Shown one piece after another: positions 58,323 through 64,000 of a DNA stretch of 64,000 nucleotides. Below the pieces are notes generated by a model that made no database searches, was not told the DNA's origin, and saw only the letters and a list, made by a program, of their open reading frames with translations. The DNA is from Candidatus Helarchaeota archaeon. GTDB lineage: Archaea; Asgardarchaeota; Lokiarchaeia; Helarchaeales; RDOG01. Position 1 is the stretch's first letter. Each line of letters starts with the position of its first letter. The translations under genes and the position numbers were made by a program. The stretch covers positions 1,229,910-1,293,909 of the forward strand of contig JAHPZH010000002.1 of the NCBI GenBank assembly GCA_019058315.1. Reading direction: 5' to 3'.

Positions 58323-59396
58323 ATGGTTGATTTTCCGATAGTTGGACCATATAGGGACTTACTGATGGCATTGGAACTAATTATTATATTCATTGTATTA
58401 CAAAATTCGTTATATTTTTTTCAAAAATATCGTAATAATAAAAAAAATGAAGTTCCTTCGTTTGTTGAATTTGATTGGGGTATAATTTTTCTAACATATG
58501 CGATAACGAGTATTGCTTATATTTTCAGTGCGTTTTTTTATGTTATTCGAGTTCATTTTCTTTTCATCGGTTATATTTCTGTAGCAACTGGAGGTTTAAT
58601 ATTTTCATATAGTGTAGAATCAACAAAAACTGTTAATACAAAATATTTCTTCACGCTTTTTACTACTTGTGTTATAATCCTACTAATAACTATTTTTGTA
58701 GTTGCCGAATCATTATTGCAAACATTTGCATATTTAGCTATGGGTCCCGCATTTACATTATTATTTTTCTACTTTTTTAAAGTGAGTAAGAAACTTTGGA
58801 CTGGATATAAACTGCATTCAATAGGTTTATTTCTCGGAGTTACTCTATGGTTTGTAGGATATATGGGAACTTCGGATGTGGCAGTTGGATTATTTGGGGG
58901 GTTATATATTAGGGTAATAGGAGACCTAGGAATAATATGTGGAATGCTATTAATCGGAATTTTCTTGAATTATATACCCTCCTTGTCTGAAATTGGTTGG
59001 CAACAAAAAATCAAATATATTCTTATATTAACTCATTCAGGAATTTGCGTATATAATGAAAACTTTAGAGAAAAAAGAGAATTACGCGAAATTATTTTAG
59101 CGGGAGCTCTATCTGGTATTAAATTGTATATGGAAGAAACTCTAAAAAGTTTTCCAAAATTAAAAACGATTTCCAAAGAAAATGAAGTGTTTTTATTAGA
59201 AGAGGGTAAATATATTATTGGAGTTTTAGTAGTTGAACAAGAATTAGAAATTTTAAAATACTTTTTGAAAAAAATAGTGTATGAATTTGAAGAATTTTTT
59301 CAAGATATCTTAAAAAATTGGAATGGGGATACTAATATTTTCAAACCTACTAAAAATATCGTCAATAATATCTTGTCTATTGAAAAATATATTTAA
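58323..59396 (+). CDS. 7-TM + longin-like protein, type B (pair 2)
   Basis: Paralog of 55552..56622 (FPIVGPYR, RVIGD, PSLSEIGW, QELEILKYFLKK). Confidence 0.75.
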   Translation: MVDFPIVGPYRDLLMALELIIIFIVLQNSLYFFQKYRNNKKNEVPSFVEFDWGIIFLTYAITSIAYIFSAFFYVIRVHFLFIGYISVATGGLIFSYSVESTKTVNTKYFFTLFTTCVIILLITIFVVAESLLQTFAYLAMGPAFTLLFFYFFKVSKKLWTGYKLHSIGLFLGVTLWFVGYMGTSDVAVGLFGGLYIRVIGDLGIICGMLLIGIFLNYIPSLSEIGWQQKIKYILILTHSGICVYNENFREKRELREIILAGALSGIKLYMEETLKSFPKLKTISKENEVFLLEEGKYIIGVLVVEQELEILKYFLKKIVYEFEEFFQDILKNWNGDTNIFKPTKNIVNNILSIEKYI

Positions 59397-59434
59397 TTTC
59401 AAAAATTTACTTTCAAAATCAAATACTATCAATA

Positions 59435-59460
59435 ATTTCGCTCTAGCGAAATCTTTTTTT
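59435..59460 (+). terminator. Hairpin followed by T-tract
   Basis: ATTTCGC-tcta-GCGAAAT followed by C and a T7 run, between pair 2 and pair 3. Confidence 0.5.
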
Positions 59461-59517
59461 GATTAATAATGTATTTGAAAACATGATAAGAAATTCAAAT
59501 TATGGGAGTTAATTCAA

Positions 59518-60588
59518 TTGATACAATTTCCAATTCAAGGTTCATTTAGAGAGATTATATTAATGGTTGAGATGATTATTGTTGTTTTGAATATTCAATT
59601 TGCGATAATATTTTTGAATCGGTATCTAAAACAAAAAGGGGTTAAAAATAATATGTATATAGCTTGGACAATACTATTTTTTTGCTTTGCAATTACTTAT
59701 TTCCTATTTATATTAACTGATTTCTATGTTTCTCCCAACGATCGCCCATTTTTTTTAAATATTAGCTATATTTTTATAGGTTCTGGTCAAACTTTATTAT
59801 TTTACAATATAGAAAGAGAAATGAAATCAGAAAAATATATTTTTACAAAGATTGTTTTAGGAGTTTTATCTTTCTTTATTATCAATACTATTTTTAATTT
59901 AATATATTCAACTCCCTTCTCTACAATTTATTGGGGGTTATTTTTCGTTCTTTTAATCATTTTTGGTAATAAATATTTAACCAGAATTAGACAAACTTGG
60001 AAATTGAATATATATGGCTTCATAATAGGGGCAACATTAACAATTATAGGGTGGGGGGGAATATCTGATTTAGGTATGAGTATTTTAGGTATAGAATTTC
60101 GTTTATTTGGTGATTTGTTTATAATTACCGGAACAAGTTTAATGACCCTATTTTTCGTTGGTTTACCTCGTCTATCTGAGATCGATTACTTCGAGAAAGT
60201 TAAAAGGATTTTTATAATGCATAATTCAGGAATACCAATATTCGAGCAAACTTTTAAAAAAGAACAAGATTTTAAAGAAACTGATTTAAGATCTTCACTA
60301 TTTGCGGGGGGATTGACCACAGTATCACAATGGATTACGGATTTAATCCAAAGTAAAGGTCACTTGGAGATAGTCGATCATGGAGATGTAAAAATAATTT
60401 TTGAATATGGTAAATATACAATAAATGTTTTAATTGTTGAAGAAGTGCTTAATATTTTAAAAAACAAATTGAAAACAATCACAAATGAAGTTGAGAATCT
60501 ATATCAAGACATTCTTCCAACTTGGGAGGGAGATATGTCTCCGTTTGAATTGTTAAAAAATATAATTCAACAAAATTTTGAAATTTAA
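59518..60588 (+). CDS. 7-TM + longin-like protein, B-like (pair 3)
   Basis: Motifs FPIQGSFR, RLFGD, PRLSE, HNSGIPIF, FAGGL and WEGD. Confidence 0.75.
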   Translation: MIQFPIQGSFREIILMVEMIIVVLNIQFAIIFLNRYLKQKGVKNNMYIAWTILFFCFAITYFLFILTDFYVSPNDRPFFLNISYIFIGSGQTLLFYNIEREMKSEKYIFTKIVLGVLSFFIINTIFNLIYSTPFSTIYWGLFFVLLIIFGNKYLTRIRQTWKLNIYGFIIGATLTIIGWGGISDLGMSILGIEFRLFGDLFIITGTSLMTLFFVGLPRLSEIDYFEKVKRIFIMHNSGIPIFEQTFKKEQDFKETDLRSSLFAGGLTTVSQWITDLIQSKGHLEIVDHGDVKIIFEYGKYTINVLIVEEVLNILKNKLKTITNEVENLYQDILPTWEGDMSPFELLKNIIQQNFEI

Positions 60589-60616
60589 TTTGGTTTAATT
60601 TCCTAAGTGAAGTAAA

Positions 60617-61735
60617 ATGTTACAATTACTATTAGAAAGAATCCCACCACTAATCAGAGAATCAAACTTCCCTTTAGAAGGTCTATTTAGAGAGCCACTT
60701 TTAATTCTTGAAGGAATTATTATTCTTTTAACATTTCAATATGGAATTTATTTCTTCTATAAATTTGCAAAAGAAGAGAGGGAAAAAAATTATATGATAA
60801 GAGCTTGGGCTACTTTCTTTCTAAGCTATACCTGTAATATTATCTTTTTTCTTATTAGCGATTTCTTTTCAACTATATATTATATTCGCCAAATATATAT
60901 TGACTTTGGATATATTATATTGGGACTTGGAGCGTTATTCTTTTCATATAATGCAGAACGTGAAATGCAGCAAAAAAAACATTTTTTCACAATAATTCTA
61001 ACAATATTATTAGGCCTACTCATTTTAGATACAATTTTATTAGTTGCTCCCCCTGGCGTTATAGCATTATTTGTGAATATACCATTTATTTTTGTATTAT
61101 TACTATATATTATAAAATTTACATCCAAAATAAAAGAAAAATGGAGATTAAATATATATGGTTTTTTAATTGGTATGTGCATCTGGATTTCTGGATATGC
61201 ACTTGTTACAGATCTAATGGTTAATTCATTTGGTACAATTGCAAGATTTATTGGAGATATTTTAATTATAATTGGTATAAGCTTAATATCACTTCTATTC
61301 ATCGGATTGCCTAGTCTGACAGAGTTTGAATGGCCAAAAAAAATGAAAAAAATATATGTAATGCATAAATCGGGAAAATATATCTCTGATTACAATTTTC
61401 AAGAGAATTTAACTGGAACTGAAGAATACAAAGATTTACCCAAATTAATCACAGGTGGATTGACAGGTATAAATAAATTAATTGATGAAATTGTCCATAG
61501 CAAAGAAGGTTTAAAAATTATGGATCATAAAGATGTAAAAATAATTTTTCAATACGGAACTTATCTTATAGCTGTGATTATCGTGGATGAAGCATTAGAT
61601 ATATATAAAACAAAACTAAAGAAAATGATAGATTATTTAGAAATGCTCTACGAGACCTATCTCCCCACTTGGGATGGAGATTTAACCCAATTTCTAATTA
61701 TTAAGCCTATAATAAAACGCTTCTTTACATTATAA
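60617..61735 (+). CDS. 7-TM + longin-like protein, B-like (pair 3)
   Basis: Motifs FPLEGLFR, RFIGD, PSLTE, HKSG, ITGGL and WDGD. Confidence 0.75.
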   Translation: MLQLLLERIPPLIRESNFPLEGLFREPLLILEGIIILLTFQYGIYFFYKFAKEEREKNYMIRAWATFFLSYTCNIIFFLISDFFSTIYYIRQIYIDFGYIILGLGALFFSYNAEREMQQKKHFFTIILTILLGLLILDTILLVAPPGVIALFVNIPFIFVLLLYIIKFTSKIKEKWRLNIYGFLIGMCIWISGYALVTDLMVNSFGTIARFIGDILIIIGISLISLLFIGLPSLTEFEWPKKMKKIYVMHKSGKYISDYNFQENLTGTEEYKDLPKLITGGLTGINKLIDEIVHSKEGLKIMDHKDVKIIFQYGTYLIAVIIVDEALDIYKTKLKKMIDYLEMLYETYLPTWDGDLTQFLIIKPIIKRFFTL

Positions 61736-61786
61736 TTCTTTATTATTTAATTGGGATAATGATTAATTTAATTCAAGAGTTATTAA

Positions 61787-62317
61787 TTAAACAGATGTTT
61801 TACTCAAAATTATTTTTGCAAAGTTATAAAAGGCTTCGTTAATCATAATATCAGCTTTTGCAGAGGTTTCAAAAAAACCATCTGCTTGCAGCATTTGTGC
61901 TAATTGTTCTCCCTCTTCCTTGGTAATTTGTCTGCTATCTTCTAAATCAACTTTATTCCCAACAATAATGAAATGAGCATCATTTGTGAAAGATTTTAAA
62001 TCGCTATGCCAATTTGGTATATTTTCAAAAGAATCTCTATCTGTAATTGAATAGACTAATAATGCAGCTTGAGCACCTGCAGCATATTTTTTTCTCAATT
62101 CCTTAAATTGTTCTTGACCTCCAATATCAAAAATTACAAATGTAACAGAATAATCGCCACTTTCACTAATATCAATCTGTCTTTCATAAACATTATATCC
62201 CAAAGTTGATAAATATTGACCCTCAAATCTATTGTTAATATATCGCTCAACTAACGAGGTCTTACCAACCGCAGCGTTGCCAAAAAGTACTAATTTGAAT
62301 TTATATGAGGCCGCCAT
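61787..62317 (-). CDS. Rab-like small GTPase
   Basis: G1 GNAAVGKTS, G2 STLG, G3 DIGGQ, G4 NKVD, G5 ETSAK. Confidence 0.95.
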   Translation of the reverse strand: MAASYKFKLVLFGNAAVGKTSLVERYINNRFEGQYLSTLGYNVYERQIDISESGDYSVTFVIFDIGGQEQFKELRKKYAAGAQAALLVYSITDRDSFENIPNWHSDLKSFTNDAHFIIVGNKVDLEDSRQITKEEGEQLAQMLQADGFFETSAKADIMINEAFYNFAKIILSKTSV

Positions 62318-62546
62318 CTTTACTCTTCCTATAAAATTTTTTGACTTTCATTTTTTAATAGATTAAAGTAGATCTTATTAACTTAGGATAATATGTAGTT
62401 AAATTTTTTTAAAAATCTGATGAGAATTTATAATTAATAATATTTAATTATAAGAAATATGTAAAAATTTAATTTGAAATCAAAATTTGAGATTTAGACC
62501 TTTTAAATTTTACATCTAATTTGATGTTGGCTTTTTATATCAAAAT

Positions 62547-63056
62547 TTAACCCACAAGTACTTTAGCAAATGTCAAAAACGCGTGATCAATCCCTATATT
62601 TTCCTTTGCGGAAGTTTCAAAAAAACCATCTGCAAATAATTCCAATGATAAATCTTCCCCTTCTTGAATGGTAACAACCCTTTGATCTACTAAATCAACT
62701 TTATTTCCAATCAAAATAAATCGAGCACCATCAGTGAATTCCATTAAATCATTATACCAATTTCTAACATTTTCAAAAGAATCTCTGTTTGTAATGTCAT
62801 ACATTATAAGTGCTGCATTAGCTCCTTTCGAGTATTGCTTTCTCAATTCTGTAAATTGTTCTTGTCCACCAATATCAAAAATTAAAAATGATATTCGATT
62901 ATTACCCATTTCGATAATTTTTTCTAGCACATTATATCCTAATGTAGAAATATAATCTTCTTCAAATTTATTATTAACATACCTATTAACTATCGAAGTT
63001 TTTCCGACTGCCGCATTACCATATAAAATAATCTTGAATCTATAAGTAGGCTCCAT
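62547..63056 (-). CDS. Rab-like small GTPase (paralog)
   Basis: G1 GNAAVGKTS, G3 DIGGQ, G4 NKVD, G5 ETSAK. Confidence 0.95.
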   Translation of the reverse strand: MEPTYRFKIILYGNAAVGKTSIVNRYVNNKFEEDYISTLGYNVLEKIIEMGNNRISFLIFDIGGQEQFTELRKQYSKGANAALIMYDITNRDSFENVRNWYNDLMEFTDGARFILIGNKVDLVDQRVVTIQEGEDLSLELFADGFFETSAKENIGIDHAFLTFAKVLVG

Positions 63057-63133
63057 TATGATTACTCTCTATAGACTTTTTTTCCGTTTGTATTAGATTT
63101 ATTGTTAATTTAAATTTTTAGATAAAAAAGCAG

Positions 63134-64000
63134 TTATTTTGATAAAAAATGTGAACTAAATTTTTTCAATCCCTTTAGAGCAGAAAGTTTTACCTTTTTA
63201 TTTAATTTTAAATCTGATATTACGGATTCCAAATATTTTATTGAATTATCCATCTCTTTTCTATCAATGGGGTATGGTTCACCATCTTTTCCACCAAATG
63301 CAAGAGCGTATTTAACTGGATCTCGAAATTTAATCTCTTTATCAAAAATCACAGAAGATACAAAGGATAAACCTCGAATCATCCCTGGACCAACTCCTTT
63401 AGTAGCCACAAATTCTTCATAAGTACGAGGTTGAAATTCGTATAAATTTTTTAGAACTTTCCATTTAACACGACGAGGTATTAGTTTATAATAATATTTA
63501 AATTTAGGAAGCATGCTCCCCTCTTCAAAATAAGTCGATAATGTTGTTTGACCTAATTCAGAACGCAATTGAATGGAATTAAAAAGATTTAACGTTTTTT
63601 TGGGTCTTTCTTTAATTAAATCTAAAGTGGTTTGCCGAATTTCCTCATTTTGTCTATAAGTTAAATCCAATACATCTTGATGTTTAATCTGGCTTAAAAT
63701 CTCCTCTTCTGGTTCATCTATGAAATCTGTGACATTATTAGAATACCAATGATATCTACGAGACATTCTATTATCTGGATTGAGACCTTGTTGAACGATG
63801 GTCCAGTTACCCTCTTTATTCACAAAAAAAGTATGAATATATAAATTATAACCATCTTGTATTACCGAATTATCTACTTTTGCAATAATTTTACTAATAT
63901 ATTTTAATTTATTCAAATAATCTTCTGAAAATTCAAATTTTTTTGAGATTTTATTCAAGTCTTCTAATGTTTGTAGGCTACGTTTACCCTTTCCACCAGC
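63134..64000 (-). CDS. DUF763-family protein, 5'-truncated by the window
   Basis: The frame continues to the edge (AGGKGKRS); motifs AKVDNSVIQDGY.LY.H, VQQG, RRYHW, GVGP and FGGKDG.PYP. Confidence 0.85.
   Translation of the reverse strand, partial: AGGKGKRSLQTLEDLNKISKKFEFSEDYLNKLKYISKIIAKVDNSVIQDGYNLYIHTFFVNKEGNWTIVQQGLNPDNRMSRRYHWYSNNVTDFIDEPEEEILSQIKHQDVLDLTYRQNEEIRQTTLDLIKERPKKTLNLFNSIQLRSELGQTTLSTYFEEGSMLPKFKYYYKLIPRRVKWKVLKNLYEFQPRTYEEFVATKGVGPGMIRGLSFVSSVIFDKEIKFRDPVKYALAFGGKDGEPYPIDRKEMDNSIKYLESVISDLKLNKKVKLSALKGLKKFSSHFLSK

Noticed and set aside
54441-61735. 7-TM proteins as rhodopsins (Lys in TM7 of the 57206 protein, FLSKL)
   Set aside because: That position is Gln in its closest paralog and Asp in the B types, and no other retinal-pocket motifs are visible.
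54441-61735. True homology to eukaryotic GPCRs
   Set aside because: No DRY, CWxP or NPxxY motifs; a 7-TM count alone supports only analogy.
1099-62955. Numerous short (60-180 aa) ORFs antisense or frame-shifted within the called genes
   Set aside because: They lie inside or largely overlap well-supported CDSs and carry no motifs.

Overview
AT-rich (about 30% GC by eye) archaeal chromosome segment, most consistent with an Asgard archaeon (Loki/Hel-like). Supporting signs are Rab-like small GTPases, longin-like domains, an SDS22-type LRR protein, an archaeal Spt5-like segment, a geranylgeranyl reductase, an Lrp-TRASH copper regulator and GGTGA/GGAG ribosome-binding sites. The window holds a truncated Type ISP-like R-M gene plus a beta-class methyltransferase, three glycan hydrolases (GH29, GH38, clan GH-D), three paralogous MFS transporters, Fe-S proteins, a serpin, a corrinoid/MT2 pair, aconitase, an Rnl2 RNA ligase, TldD/E and a copper/arsenic cluster. 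The strongest candidate for an undescribed system is at 54.4-63.1 kb. Six 7-TM proteins, each fused to a C-terminal longin-like domain, are arranged as three gene pairs and converge on two Rab-like GTPases that lack lipid anchors; a seventh such gene lies at 33.9 kb. I infer a receptor-GEF/GAP ('GPCR-analogous') module. A second candidate (14.7-17.2 kb) has a palindromic operator, a membrane bPH_2-HTH protein, a tandem-HTH protein and a membrane protein fused to the Spt5 KOW region. I found no rRNA, tRNA, CRISPR array or IS element. All domain calls come from motifs read by eye, without database searches.
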